NCBI GenBank assembly: GCA_043228905.1
Contig: JBHGNT010000001.1
Coordinates: 1,550,001-1,614,000 of the forward strand
Reading direction: 5' to 3'
Length of the DNA stretch: 64,000 nucleotides
Origin: Azolla caroliniana
Lineage: Eukaryota > Plantae > Polypodiophyta
Shown here: positions 1 through 15,500 of the stretch, one piece after another
Numbering within the stretch: the stretch's first letter is position 1
How the letters are laid out: each line of letters begins with the position of its first letter
Program-made: the position numbers and the translations under genes
Notes under the pieces: generated by a model
Told to the model about the DNA's origin: nothing
The model's input: the letters and a program-made list of their open reading frames with translations, nothing else
The model's database searches: none

Positions 1-1
1 T

Positions 2-568
2 TGTTAAGGTGCATGCCAATGGCCTGTTAACTAGGGTCTCTTGTATGAACCCTAGAGAGTCACGATAAATATTATTAGGAACTAATGATAAAATTGCTAT
101 GTGGCATCCACAAACCCATGATTATTTACGACAATATGAACTTTATAGAGAGTCACGACATATATTATTTCTTTAAAAGAACCTTGAGGGATGTATAGAT
201 CTATAAAAGGACAAAACATGGTAGTAAAAGGGTATTTCTCCTTGGCTTATGTTATGGGTATTGGATGAGCAAGCAGACATGGGTGAGTGTAGAGCCAGGT
301 GAGCAAGTGGATATGATGAAACGTGAGGGCAGCCTGGGTGCAATCCTTGGAACAAGGGCATGAAGGCAACACCGAGATGGGAGAGTCCAGAGAGAGGATC
401 AATGGGAGAACAAGAGAACAAGAAACAATATTAAAGACAGAGTCCATGATTACATCCAATACAATCCCTTTCTAGCCCTTACAATATGTATATTTCTAGC
501 CCTTTCTAGTCCATGATTACATCCAATACAATCCCTTTCTAGCCCTGACAATATCTATATTTCCCACA
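2..568. mobile_element. Possible solo LTR in the ThrRS intron
   Basis: Begins TGTTAAGG (2) and ends TTCCCACA (568). Contains CTATAAAAG and an internal 67-bp-period duplication (441-495 / 508-562). The left TSD cannot be checked because the window starts at 1. Confidence 0.3.
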
Positions 569-663
569 TCCTTACAGCTCGTCGCTTGTTGATGACTTGT
601 TGAAGTTCCAGTGAATACTACAATACATAACGACATTGTTAATCAGAGTACTATTGTGTTCAG

Positions 664-3600
664 GTGATGAGTGGTGGGATCTTTGTGCTGGACCTCATGT
701 AGAATCAACTGGAAAAATCAATCAGAAAGCAGTTGATTTAGAATCTGTCGCTGGTGCTTATTGGAGAGGAGATGAGAAAAACAAGATGCTGCAAAGAATT
801 TATGGAACTGCATGGGAGACAGAGGAGCAATTAAAGGCTTATCGAGTGCAGAAAGAGGAGGCTAAAAGGCGTGACCATCGTCGCCTTGGACAAGAACTTG
901 ACCTGTTTTCTATTCAGGTATTTGGTAACATTCTCTCCAACCTTGGAAAATATTGGATGGATATCTAAGGCTGGTAAAACTCCAGGATGATGCGGGTGGG
1001 GGCCTTGTATTTTGGCACCCAAAAGGTGCTATTGTACGACTTCTTATTGAGGATCTTTGGAGAAAAATCCATGTGCAACGGGGATACAATCTACTGTTTA
1101 CACCACATGTTGCTAAGGCAGACTTATGGAAAACGAGTGGACATCTAGATTTCTACAAAGAGAACATGTTTGATCAAATGGAAATAGAAGATGAGCTTTA
1201 TCAGTTAAGGCCTATGAATTGTCCTTATCATATTCAAATCTATAAATCTGCTTTACGGTCATACAGAGATTTGCCATTCAAAGTTGCTGAACTTGGAACA
1301 GTCTATCGATATGAGAAGTCAGGCACTTTACATGGACTTTTTCGTGTTAGAGGTTTTACACAGGTTTGTTGTGCTATCTACTACTTTTATGCATGATGAA
1401 AGCTACTTGAATTACAACATTTTCCTTAGGCTACTTGGAGCTTCTATATGGATTACATGCATTGTGTAATGGAGTAGGAATTCAATGCTATATCACGATT
1501 CACACTACATCCTAATGTATCTATGACAGGATGATGCACACATATTCTGCCTTCCCAGCCAAATCAAAGATGAGATTAGAGGAGTTCTTGATCTGACAGA
1601 AGATATTCTTTCTGAATTTGGCTTCAAAAAATATGAAGTATACTTGTCAACGAAACCTGCAAAGGCAGTTGGTTCTAATGATATATGGGAGAAGGCAACA
1701 ACAGCCTTGAAAGAGGCCCTCGATGATAAAGGTTGGGACTATGTGTATGATGAAGGTGGTGGTGCATTTTATGGCCCAAAGATTGATCTTAAAATTGAAG
1801 ATGCAATTGGCCGAAAGTGGCAATGCTCTACGATCCAGGTAAGCTTGCATGGTGCATTTCGGACTTAATGCTATCCCCCTTAACAATCTATTCATCTGTG
1901 ATAAAGTGGGCTTTTGGAATACAGGTTGATTTTAACCTTCCAGAGAGGTTCAAGCTACTTTATGTTGATTCAATTACAGAAAGGAAACAGCCTATCATGA
2001 TCCACAGGGCTATATTCGGTTCATTAGAACGGTTCTTTGGTATTTTGATTGAGAATTATGCAGGTGATTTTCCGCTATGGCTGGCTCCCGTGCAAGCTCG
2101 ACTTCTTCCTGTAACAGATACAGAGGTACTTCATTGTGAAAGACGTCTATCTTGAATACAAGTAAAAGATATTCTTGCAGTGCAAAGTGTATCACATAAA
2201 ATTGGAGTTTCGAATATCTATTTAAGTTATACCTAAAAATAAACAAAAATGAAACAACAAGTTAAGCTAGTTTTCAAAAAGCCAAAGTGAAATTTGAGAA
2301 AAGCTATATCCATGTGGGTCTACCTAAACTATGTAAACTAGGCTTTGAATCAGAGTAATGTGGAGGATACAAGAGATGAATTTGATAAATGCAAAATCTA
2401 AGCGGTAGAAAGTGAGTAGATTAGTTGATCAACTCTGTCATAAGATGATGTCAATTAACTCTGTCATATGGCATGAATGTCCTCTGCCTTGAACTATCTG
2501 CGGGTCATGCTCAAATGTGGGCAATGATTCTGTGTCTCCTTCAAAGCAAGGTATGCCTATGATAATGTGTATCCTAGGGCGCCTTGAGCAAGGCTGAGCA
2601 TTATTCCTCCATGAGGTGTGGTTGCCCTCGCTCTAAATTACTTTTGCATGGTTTCCGTTGAAGTCTAGCATCTGCCTTTGGACTAGCCATGCTGACTGTC
2701 TGTTCTTCAAAAGAGTTGATGCCAAACCATTATTTTGGACTAGGATGAGAAATAATCACTGGAGGAGGATGCTTATTCTTTTGTGTGCAAGATGAACTAA
2801 GGGACAGTTTCTAGGCATATGGATGCTGATTTCATATGTGCAGATTAGAGCAGCTGCACAATGATGCATTACCTGTGTGTTCAATAGGATTGTGAGATAC
2901 TGCCCTTCTACATTGACACTCTTTATTGATGTAACGCCAATCTGAGCTATATACAAAGGCCGCAATTTTGTCAATGTTTAGACTTTTTTTTTCTATCTAA
3001 ATCAACTTTAAGGTTTGGGCTTCAAATATTAGTCTAGCCTATGCTATGCTCCCGTATTCTCCCATATCTATTTCTCTTAACCAAATCTTTCTTCTTGATA
3101 TTGAAGGTCAGCCTTTCAATACCTACCTCTACAAAACTTATTCCTAATTTATCTTTTAACTCCTCCCAATCTTGAAGACCTCCATGCCACTTGTGAATAG
3201 AGGCAGAATGGTTGTTCTTGCAGCATGTGATTGCACACACCCCACGAACAAGTCTTCAGGGAGCCAAAGAAAGATATATTAGTGTTTCTAAAAGACCAGA
3301 ATGGTTAGTCAATAAGATGACAAAAAATACATCTGTGTATCTTACCTTGTGGACATGAGAAATAAAACAAAAGTATTTTTCTAGTCTAGCTTGCTAAAAG
3401 CAAAGGGCTTGAAACATAATCATTAGTAACCGATGGCATGGCACCAATGCTGGTAGAATGGCTGCTCTGGTACCGGATATGAAGTTGTAGCGTATCCCCT
3501 GCCCCCCATACATCCACACAGTTGATAGATGGAGATGGAGAGTGATCCCTCAGGAGTTGCCATGGCAACATCTTATGAGAAAGATCATATTGGCTAAATT

Positions 3601-5063
3601 TTAATTAACCAAATATAGGTTACTGAGACAAGACAGTAAAATAGCATGGAAAATGTTTAGTTACATACAACTAACTTCACCTCAGATTTGGGATGAGTAT
3701 GCTAGAGCATTCTATGACATTTCTGGGCAGGCGCTGTTCCTTCACCCACAAGGTTCACGTGCACATAATTTCATTTTTGACTGTACATACATTGAGGAGT
3801 GTGATTAATTGATTATAATTTGGAATGTAGGTGTGCATTTTGTAGAGACAGGAGACATTTGGACATACCTAGGCTAAAGTCAGTGATACTCTAGACATAC
3901 CTAGAAAGAAATATTAATGTCTTTTAAGAGGCCAAAATGGCCTATAAGACCAAACAAGAGATTACATCTTAAACGTTTTCCTGTCCTTCAACAACTTGTC
4001 CCTGTGTCTATTGAGTTCTAGCCAGAAAATTCCTCGGCACCGGTGATCCTCATGTTCCATTACCTTGTGTAGTGGGCCAAAGCCTTGTTTAAAGAGGCAA
4101 TGGTGTCTCCCTCTTGTTTCATAAAAGACACTTCAGTGGCAAAAATAGTGTTCTTCGGATTCCACTCCTAAGTAGAAAGAAAGAAAGATATATTAACTTC
4201 TTTTAAGAGGCCAGTAAACATATAAATAAGATAAAACGGGAATAAAGAATCTTGTTATCGGCACATGTAAGACTCTAGATATATTGCAACTTTTGGCTTC
4301 GAAAGTTCTCTAGCATAGGTTGATCCAGAACAGAGAGGGCAGTGAGATCATGGTCCATGGGGCTGGGGCCTGGGCCTATGTGCACGACAAATTTCTATTG
4401 CCCAATCTATTTAAATCTGTTTGTTATGTCCTGGTTGGCAACGCATTTGTGTAGCCCTTGATTGACTTAGTAGGATTAATAGAGACAGGAGACAATTTGT
4501 CGGAAATATGGTTGTATGAATATTTCTCTTCAGAGTAGACATGGGACATTGTGAAAAATGGTTCTATAACATTTTCCTGTGTAATAGAAATTTTGTTTTT
4601 GATAAGAAAAAAAGTAACTTATCGGAAAGATGCCTTAGTTTCACTGTTAATGGGTACTGAATTTGAGGTGTTCAAATCCTCACTCGTCCAAACTGTCATA
4701 TTAACCTTCTTCGGCATTCATCAATCTAAATGAGAAAGTCTTCATTAGCTGCAAAATACATGGCTGTTTTTCTTATCTATGTGCATTAAATCATTTCTGC
4801 AGGTACCTTATTGTCAAGAAGTGGTGAAACAGCTGCTAGAGCAGAACATTCGTGCAGAAATGGCATCTGGAGAGAGGTTGGGGAAGTTAGTCCGCAATGC
4901 TGAAGTGCAGAAGGTACCACTCATGGCGGTGGTGGGTCCCAAGGAAGTAGAAAGCCAAACACTGACTGTCCGTACTAGACATGGAGGGGAAGTCGGAACA
5001 TTGAGTGTGGATGAGGTGGCTGCCAAGATTAAAGCAGTGGTTGCATCCCGAGGCTTCCTCTAG
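664..5063 (+). CDS. Threonyl-tRNA synthetase, chloroplast/mitochondrial (bacterial-type), 3' part; 5' exons lie outside the window
   Basis: Exons 664-917, 986-1363, 1530-1838, 1925-2125, 4803-5063; all GT-AG and in phase. Class II ThrRS motifs: [111 protein letters not shown], then a C-terminal anticodon-binding domain. Resembles Arabidopsis EMB2761-type ThrRS from memory. Confidence 0.95.
3903..4475 (-). mobile_element. Two or three stacked 3' fragments of the RTEX-like LINE family in the last ThrRS intron
   Basis: The family 3' end (GAAA tail, TATTAA..CTTTTAAGAGGCCAAAATGGCC) appears at 3903 and 4174. Internal pieces match the copy at 24400-25090. Confidence 0.7.
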
Positions 5064-6562
5064 GACTTAGCAGATGTACCATATCAAATACGCTAACGAA
5101 ATGTACCATACCAAATATGCTTGTAAGCAAAAGAAAGAACTATGGCACATACAATAGCTTATGATAAGGGCTTCAATTCTTTTAATAAATGTAATTTCTC
5201 ACCTCAAAATATATCTTAATTTCTAGTGTTATAAAATATTACTAACGCAAACGTTAAAATGTACTTACACATTGAGGAAACCCTTTTAAGCCTGCATGCA
5301 ATAGTGATAAACTCATGTTCATTTGGCGGTGCATATCAAAAGATCCGGGCAGACATGCATCATATGGTAGTGTATATGAAAAACTCGTTTGAGATGTATG
5401 GTAAATCTGACTTTAAGCAAAGAATGTTCAATATTGGAGTCTTGGTAAGCCTGTTGACTCGAGCTGATATACTATAACCTTGTTACTAATTTTAACAATA
5501 TGGGGCTGATGATAATGGCCTCGTTGAGGCTGAAGATGGTGGTCCTGGGGGCCAGATTATTAACCAGCTTCACCTCCCTCACATTTCATGTACCTAACTG
5601 CTACTGAGAAATTATCTCTAGGCATTCATGTACCTAACTGGTCTACTTCACATTGTCTAGGCCACTTCTCCAAACTACACTACCCTCTACACATTACCTC
5701 AATGTGAACACCTCAATATCAATCCATCCGATAAACAATATTCCTTGTTTCATGCAATCCAATAATCCACCAGAAATCTTGACTTAAAGTACTAAAAAAC
5801 GTGTGAATCATTGTATCTAAGAGTGTCCATTCACTAGGTTAAGCAGATTCCTCCACTCCCACATCCCTCCTTACCCTCCCTCTGTCTACCCAGGCAACCA
5901 TATGAGAGCATGTTCAATATTTATGCAGTCCACTGCCAACACCTCAACGTGGGCATTGGAACCAACATAAGGAAGCAATGTAGAACCTGAGAAGGGTCGT
6001 ATGTTCTTATAATACAAAAGGGTACAAACACAAAAACACTAAAAATATGAAGTGGAATAAAAGCACTGAATTCCCAACTCCCAACACTGCGTGAGTGTGA
6101 GCAAGGGTAAAGAGTGTGATTGAGTCAATACCACCTCAAGAATGACACAACACTACATCATGCCTTAAATACTTCCCATGACTGAATTATACATATATTA
6201 ATGTTCCAATGTGAAAAAACAATGCAATGTCTAATTTCCTCTATCTGATTTCCGTAGAGAACAAAGTTGTATACAAAATCTTCCACTACTGTCAAAAGAT
6301 TCCATAACTACTATATACAAACCGATCGCTTTAGAATACAAGCATTAAGCTGTTAAACAATTGTTATACGCATATTTATTCGAGGAAATTACATTTGTGG
6401 CTTGAGTTCCTCTGGCATTCCATGGAAAACACCTCCAAAATGCGAATGAGGCATAAATGCATGACAGAATTTGAGCTTCCAATATCAGCTAATTGGTTAG
6501 CCATTTAAGCTTTGACATTTGAAAGAGATTCAGTGGATAAGTCGCCTGCAACATTTGACAGC

Positions 6563-9500
6563 TTAGCCTGGAAGAGGGCACTTCGAAAACACATGCGAAG
6601 TATGGTAAACCTGCTGCATAACTGATGTTTGCATAGAACGAAAATAGCAACAGAATTTCCTCAAGGTAATCCAGTTAAGTGCCATTTGCAATGACAGCCA
6701 GTCCAATCATAACCCAATGGCAAGGACAATGGTGATCCTAAGACAGACTAATTGTTGCGCACCTCTTTCCATCCATAAGCAAAGGCAGAAGCATTTGATA
6801 TTTTCTCAAACATAGAGAGAAGTTCCTTTTCCTCGAGATGATGTAAATTTGATGATTCATCACCCTATATGCACCAAGAACTTTTGTAAATTTCATAGCC
6901 AACAATTAAATTCACATGTTCTAAAACTAAATTGCCTATATGATTTGCTGCTTACCTCAAATCTTTGAAGGAAAGACCTTTCAACAGAATCTAAGGACAA
7001 TCTATTGCGAACATGGTCCATCCCAAGTATATGGAGGAGTGCTGCAACTTGGCCATACAAGACTTCTACAGCACAGATTAAATTCCAAAGGTTAAGAAAG
7101 CTGAAGTCTCTGCATTTTTCTAAGAGAACTTTGAGTAAAATATATTTACAACATATTCTTTGAACTTCTTATATCTTTTTATGCCAACCAGCAAGATATA
7201 ATCACGTGTAGTAAAAACTTTTCGGAATCAAGTTCACCTTGGTCTGATGATCCGCATAATTGTTGGATAACTGATTCTGTGAGTCTTGCACTTCTTGAAA
7301 GTAGACGCAAACATGGATAAATATATATATTCATTGAAGTGCTATTCCCTGTATTCTCAACGCACTTTGCCTAATATAGATTAATATGAGAATTCTTAAA
7401 CCTTAGAAATTGATTGAACAATCAATGCAATCACAGTCATTAAGACAATCCTTACCATAAAAGTAGCAACCAAATACTTTGCAAGAAAAGGTGGAAGCAA
7501 CTCAAATAAAGACTTGGGTAGAAGAATGCCTTTGCCAGTTCCGCCAAGCATTGAAACCACTTTGATCAATCCATATGAGGTGATGGGAGACAAATCCAAA
7601 GCCTATACAAAAGGTCATTCTATATAATAGGTTGAGTTGCCAAAAAATGTTCATATATGATGTGCACTGTAGCAAAACTTACCAGATGATGGAGGATTAT
7701 GGGTTTCAACAAGTGTAGTACAAGCTTGCTATCCCCTAGTTGACGAAGGCATGAACAAATTATGGCTGTAATAACTCGGCTCCTTTGAAACTCCCTAATA
7801 ACATCTATGTGACTGTCACTGCTCAACGTCATATCCATCCTTGTATCTGCAAATTTGTTACATCATATGCTTAGGAGTTCATTCATGCATTTTACATCGT
7901 CAGAAACTTTTACAAACCTTTCCACTGCATTAGAAGAGTAAAAAGGAAACTGAGATAATCTGAAATCTTCAGGGATCCTCGGTAATAGGCTGCCTGAAGA
8001 ACTTGCAAACATCTGACAACCAAGCTTGGTTCCAATTCAAGACCTGTAAGAAAAAAACTGAATTATTACCAGGCAGACCTGCATGAAAAGGATGCCACCA
8101 TTACCTTAGGACATACTGCTTCTGTGGACATAAATTTCCCAAGAAATATCTACTGCTTATTCTGTGTATCTCAAGATTTTCATAATTACTTAACATGCTC
8201 AAAAGATCTTGAAGGAAAAGTAAGAAAGAAAGGCACTGATGTCTTTTAAAGGCCAAAATGCCCCCTGAGACGAGACGCAAGCTTAGACAGATACATGATG
8301 AAGATTATCTCTAAAAGAACATATGATCTACAGTAACTGACAAAAGAAAAGAAAGAAAAAAGTAACTCGAACTATCCTGTGCAGAATATCTGCAAATCTA
8401 ACTGCATGAAGATGTTTGGCCACTAGATTGAATATTCAGAAATTTTGGAACTTCAGGTATATATTACTTATTCACTCAAAAATGTACAAAAAGAAGTAGT
8501 TCTTACAAAGACAGCGTGCAATGGCCTTGAGAAAAGAGGTAGAGAAGCTGTCAAAGTAATACATTAAATCAAGTGCTAACATCTGGCAATCACTAGGCAG
8601 CTTTATAAATGGCCCATATAATTCTCCTGCAGCATCATGAAATCATGAAAAAGATGAAGAAACAAATATACAAACTAAACGGATATGAAAGAAATAGTTG
8701 AGGGACAAACCTTTTGTTGTGGGTGAAAACAAGCAGAAGAATGGGATCAAAATTGGCTGCAATGCATTATACTCCCCTGATAAAGGTGATTTATCTGGTG
8801 CTGATCTTCCAAGATGATGTAGAACTTCTAGGACGGCCTATAGGCATATCATTAGAGTTAAATATCCAGCTTATTAAGGTTTTAAAAAGCAAAACCATAA
8901 TCATGCCCCTTATATATGCATGAACCTATTAATCAATCAAAACAGTAGAATGTTAAGGCAGCTTATTTCGCTCAGAAATCATGGCTGAGCAAAAATAACG
9001 AAACTGATGCACGCAACATTTATCATCTTCCAAAATGTATTAAATGTTGCTGACTTTTCTTTAGATAATAATAACTGGATATCATCTTCCATAAATCGAA
9101 ACATTTTGAAATGCTTTCTTGCTTTAGTGTAAACAGCAGATCAATTATAAGTTGTAACAGCTCTCTCAATTTTGATCGTTTCTCTCATTAGATTTTGTTA
9201 CAAATTTGTGTTATATCCAATTTGATTGCATGAAAGTGTTGAAGTAAAATAACTATTGATTTATTTTGGAAATTCATTTTCACAATTTACAATGTCATTG
9301 TAAGCCAACATTAATTGCTTAAAAACACTAAAGAGAGAATATTAATTAGCACGGGCACAGTTACTCACCAAGGAAGATGAAGGGTAGTTATGTTTCAGCT
9401 CCCACAGAAGCTTTGGAAGTGATTGAAGCCACTGCTTTTGGAGTTGAAAGATGTCAGTCAAAGGGGTCACATCTCCTTTGACCCTGATAGAGTAGGACTG

Positions 9501-12500
9501 GATCATATACAAGATCCTGCTTCAGTTTATGTCAACATAGTGCAAGTTACCAGAAATATACACAAAATGAAAACTCCATAAAATATCGCACAAGATAGGT
9601 TAGAAGAATATTACAGGCTGAAGTATCTCGCCAACACAATGAAGGCAAACACGCTTTAGCTTTGACGTTGGTTTACAGTTTTTGAATACTTTTGTGAAGG
9701 CCTGAAACATTGAAAAAACAGAAAATGAACTTTTTTATAGCTAGATTTATGCCATGCATGCATCTGTATGCAGACATATCACATACCTCCAAAGCAAGGT
9801 CAAGCATGCACACAGTAAATTCAATTAAAATAATTCCAATTAATAGCATCATGAAAAGAGAATATATCAATATCCTACCAAAACCATGAGAATAAATCTG
9901 TCAACTCTATTTAGATTAGCTGATAAAATTGGAGATGGAATTGCAATATAAACATTTAAAAAAGTAATTGAGTTCTGGAGTTCTGTGATGATGTGTTTAA
10001 AACTATCTTCCTATCACTGTTTAAAATAAACAGACAAAAATTGGACATAAATGTGTACAGTCAACACCATCAGAAGATACTGAATAATCTAGTGATAGTG
10101 TGAAGTATAACCAAATATTCACAAGATATTCAGAAATGCATCTCAGAAAGAAAAAAAGTAATATTGCTGTCCACAAAAGGCCAAAATGACCAAATTCCCC
10201 AAATGTATAAAACTGGCATAATTGTGCCTCTAAACAAATTTATAGCTAAATTGAGGAGTGCCCTCAGTATGTCCCTCATTGGATATTCTACACAGAAGTA
10301 TCACAATAGTGTGGCCTACAACTGCAAGACAGGCAATGATATCTTTTGTCCTTCTGGATTTATGAGGTTGTGACGAGATCCCTGTGATGGTGGCCATTTG
10401 AAATGCAACGTGCATAACAAGGTACTACTAGATACAAAAATATCCTAACAATCCATGAATATGCACCAACCTGAAGAAGTGGAATCTGACGATCTCTGCT
10501 TATACGGTGAAAAATTGATGGCACTAACGCAACAAGTGTTTTTGTATGGAACTCTACCAAGCTCTTATCCATGGTTCTTGATGACAAGCCCAATAAGGAA
10601 AGCATCTGCAAACATTTTGATGTGAGACACCATCACTGATATGCAGGGGAGAATCACAAGTAACGTAAACATCAAGATACATATGAAAGAAATCAAAAGC
10701 CCATATCTCCAAACAACATAGACAAATGACTATGCCCTGAGGCCACTAATTTTACAAGATACTGATGTTCATATCATGTATAGTTAAGATATTCATGGAT
10801 TATGACTATATGTCTATTTAGCATGGAAATCAAAAATATTCCTCTAACTGGGTAATTCACAAAACTAAAATTATTAGGGAAAAGTGTCTGATGTGTAAGA
10901 GCATCAAACACATAAATGAACCAGTCATTTATATAAACGCAATCTTACAGTTTCCTACATTCAATGTATTAGGTCACTCTTTCGGTTCCAGCCTATTTTC
11001 CTACATTAGAAAACATACAAAAAACAAACACACCGATAACCAAAACCTGTTAAAAATTCACCTCTCCATTTAATGCTTCTTCAAAATAATTGAGAAGCCG
11101 CACAAAGTCCTGTTGCTCTTCTATAATCACCACATCCCCAGCTATTACTAAGCTCAGCATGACTTTACAGATACAAATGTTCAGACTGAGCAGTAATTCC
11201 TCAACCTGAATATAAAACCAAATTTCATCACTTACACTAGAATATTGCTCTTGCTCATTTTCTCACAGAGACAGTATCTTATCTAGGTCCTCAAAATATG
11301 AAAGAACAGCACAATATCACATGACAACAGAAAAATGACTAAAACATTTGCAGGCTAATTAATATATTAGAGGTAGCAAAATATATAGATGTAAGCGCTT
11401 ACTTTCCTAGGTAGATTGATTGGTGGTGCAGCAATAGGAAAACATGTCATTAAATTATGACAAAATGATGGAATCAAGCAATTTCGAATCCATTCCTGAT
11501 GCTTCCGTTGTTTTGCATCCAAATCTGAAAACTGTGATCGGGAACCAGAAGCATTCCTACTGATATCAGGGCATATCGCCCATTCAAGGTCTGGTTCAAG
11601 ACAAAGAAGCACAACATGTAGCGCCTGACATGTTTTTATCATGCACTCCAAGTTATCTTTATCAGGGGCTTGACCAGAGCAGACCAATGGAGAACATTCA
11701 GCCCAGCAACTCAATAGAGCCTTTACAAGGGTATCTGCTAACTGCACACTGAAATCACCTTTCGTTCCTATAAATAATGAACAATGTCAACTAATTAAGA
11801 GCTGATACATATTTTAAAAAGTATAAATCATTTGTATTTGGTAGTGGCAAAAAGGTTCCTTGAAATAGAACTTAAAATATGGTAGCCAAAATCACTAATC
11901 ATCTAAGGAAACAGATATATTGGAAAAGCTAACAAAACTTTTTACCAACAAAATCATAGCAAAGCTAAGAAACAATGAATATTAACTACAACTTATCTTT
12001 ATAAAATATTTACAGAAATATGCGTATTCATCATAGCCAAAAAAGGCAGTAATATATCCATTCTCATCCAAGCACCTGAGGTGCTTGCCTCAAAGATCCA
12101 TTGTAGATCAACCCATGTTACAAATCTTTGAAAGGCAGATGTTTCACTTCATCTAAGTTCAGAATGTTCAGTTTTTAGGTAATTAAATTATCTAGTACCT
12201 TCGGCAGTTTTACTAAGTTTGTTATATTTATTTTAATTTGTTGCAAACCATCAGTGCTCCATGATATAACCTGGGTTGAGATGGGAGTAGCTGCAAAAGT
12301 GACAAAGACACTATTCTAAACAATGACCAGTATTCAAAGGATTTGGAAGCCCCTTATCCAAAGGTACTCAACGCTGGCACTTATGTCATCAAAGCAGCTT
12401 TGTAGACTGAAAAAGTCATGGTTGGTATGCTGAAATGCACAGATGGTTCTAGTCACATGCTGTAAGTAAAAATGCAATACCCCTCATTCTAATATAACTT

Positions 12501-15500
12501 GGCTTGTCCTCACTTAAACATTGCTAAAGAGAAAAAGAATAGAGCAATCCAAGCCAATATCATTAAATTGGATAATGAAAGAACATGGATCAGCCCCACA
12601 ACATTTCTTGGTAAGAAGACAGCCGAGTATAAAGCACTATTTTTATACACATTACAAGATAGATTTATTATCAGCACTGCTTAAATAGATACACATCTAT
12701 ATCATGTGTTCCAAAATGTAATAGGGTAATGGAATGCAAAGACCAACAATCGTTGGGATTGTTCTTGTTAGAACTCAAGAGACATGGAAAGAAAGAAAGA
12801 AATATATTAATGCCTTTTGAAGGTCAAAATGACCTATAAAACCAAACAAAAAATTACATCTCAAAATGTTATCTTTCCATTTAGAATAGCAAAAGAAAGA
12901 TATATTAATGCCTTTTAGAGGTCAAAATGACTTAGTCCAAACAAGAGATTACATCTCAAAATGTTACCTTACCATCTGGAATAGCAAATAAAATTAATAA
13001 AATGTAGCTAAATAAAAAGTAAATAGAATTTCACACGACTAGAATCTTTTTCATGCAAGATTCTCAACTGAAATAGATTGTAATTTTTGTTTTCAAAAGA
13101 TCTCCAACATGGGTCAATCCAGAATGGAGAGATCTAGGAAGCCAGAAAAAGGAACCTATGATTGCGGGAGAAAATGGCCTTTATCTGTCAATGACAAGGG
13201 TGGCAATATCACAGTTAAGGCCAGCGTCTACATGCATGATAAAATGTTATTGCCCAATCTCTAGTAACCCCTTAGCAATGTCTTGGTTAGGACCCCACTT
13301 GTGTTGTCCTTCATTGACTTGTAGCATGAGTAGGAGTGATTCGGCTGAAGAAAGTTGTGATTGTTCTTTGTTGATTAGCTTGTATGGTTGGATTGTTGTA
13401 TTGTTGTCTATCAACTTCTCCTTGTGTTCTTTTAGTTCTAGAAAAAAAATGCCCCAAGCATAATTTGTTCTCATATTCCAATACCCTTGGTTAAAGCGGC
13501 AGTGGTATTTCCCTCTTATTTCATAGAAAACAATGCAATGGTAATTCTTCTGATTTCACTCCTTGAAGGCACACTTGGCAAATTCTTATGCATGCATATC
13601 TGCCTATCTCAATCTTTAATTGATGTGAAGATGTTGGCAGCTACCCTATCACATTGAGGAGCACACGCAATAGATGTATGTATATCAATGTAAGAGGGCC
13701 TAATGATAGATCCATAATCTGATGCATGCAAAAAACATGGCTCATGGTGGGTCATCTTTCTACCAAGAGATGTTGTGGGGCTGATCTATGTTGTTCACTA
13801 TCCAAGAGATAATAACAGTTCAGATCATTCTATTCTCTTCCACTTTTGTCATGTTCAGGTGGGGACAATCCATCAATATTGGAATGAGGGTAGTGCGTTT
13901 ATACTTATGTCACATGATTAAAACCATTGTTCCATTTCAATATACCAACAATGGTTATATCTGTGTTCAGGAATATGTTTTGAAGATATAAGTCTTTGAG
14001 TACCTTTGTTTGGTGAGGTTCCAAAGCTGTTGAATATCGGTCAGTCATCAGAATAATTTCCCAGTGATTACATCATGGGGCACTGAGATTATCTGCCCGT
14101 GTGGGCAGAATGGAGTTAGAAATTTCTGTAACGAGTGTGGAAACTCTTCAAGCAATACCATAGTGCTGGGCAATAAAACTTGCATCCAGGGAGCACGTTA
14201 AGGTTCACATTCAAAAGGCAGTTTGGCATCCTCACAGCCCAACCAGTGTATGCACTCTCTTAACTGATCTCTCTGAGAATCTGCAAGATGAGGACTCCAA
14301 ATAACAGGCTTATTACTCAATCTTGTCAAAAAGCGCAGATGGTCTCTGAATAAGGGACAAACTAGTTGGAATACAAGTGTTCACAATAACTTCCGATTAC
14401 CATACACACAGCAAGTTTTTGCAAGTCTCAGCTATATGATATTCTATTTGAATGTCTACTATGTATAAAACTAAGAGTAATATCACAAACCTTCTAATGC
14501 AATAGAATCTTTTCCTGCGCCTCCCAAGGATGCAGAAGCCTCAGGGAGGATGCTTTTATACCAGTGAAGTGCCAGGACTATACTCTTTCCACCCTGCAAA
14601 AATCAAGGACCTCAAATAATTTTGTAAGAAAAAAACATTATCTGGATACAGGATATTAAAATCACTGACAATATAGAAAACTTTAATTGTTAATATCTAC
14701 CAATCCAGTGAGAGGACATTGTTAACACACTGTCCAAAACTCTATTGTACAGTTGTCAACAAGTCGTGTTCAAGAGTTTCAACTAGAACCTTAAAGGTGG
14801 TTAGAGTTGATGATGATAATTCAAATCATATTTCTGTTGGACATATATACATGTAACCAAAACTTAATAGTGAACCCTGATATAAAGTGAAAAAACAGTA
14901 GATTAATGTGCAGTAAGGATTAAATTGTGTGAATGACTTGTGGGTTTAAAGCTTCAAAGCATCAAGTTAGTGAATTGGTGACATTGAATAAAAGCCAATC
15001 TAAAACCTCAAAAATCAGTAAGATATTGTCACAAAGTCTTTTCTCTAGGAGGATGGATTCATCATCAGGCCATCTTATATGGACATACATCTATCCTACG
15101 TGCTATGCTGTATGACAGGGCAGCTGCAAACTTAATCACAGCAGTGAGAGTTTGAGAGAGACAGATATGCAGAAATACATCTAGAAGAAAGAATTTGCCA
15201 ATTGTGTCATCAAAGAGTGGAATATGAAGAACACTATGTTTGTAATTGTAGTGTTTTTTATGAAAAAGGAGGGAGATACCATTGCCTCTTTAAGTAAGGC
15301 TTTGGCAATCTGCACAAGGTAATGGAATATGAGGACCGACAGTGCTTAGGGCTTTTCTTGTTAGAACTCAAGGGACACATGGAAAAGTTGTTAAAGGACA
15401 ATAGTTAGCCACACAAGCTCATCAACAAAGAACAATCATGTCAGGCTTCCGCCTCCGGCCACAACCGAGGAACAGGATCGATTCACAGAAAACGGGAAAT

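Noticed and set aside
10230-10415. Minus-strand ORF as an extra TEX10 exon
   Set aside because: Exons 10605-10471 and 9701-9615 already join in phase (PLLQ-AFTK); no need or motif support.
14040-14100. Box C/D-like words in a TEX10 intron (intronic snoRNA)
   Set aside because: No properly spaced C and D boxes with a terminal stem or recognisable rRNA guide.
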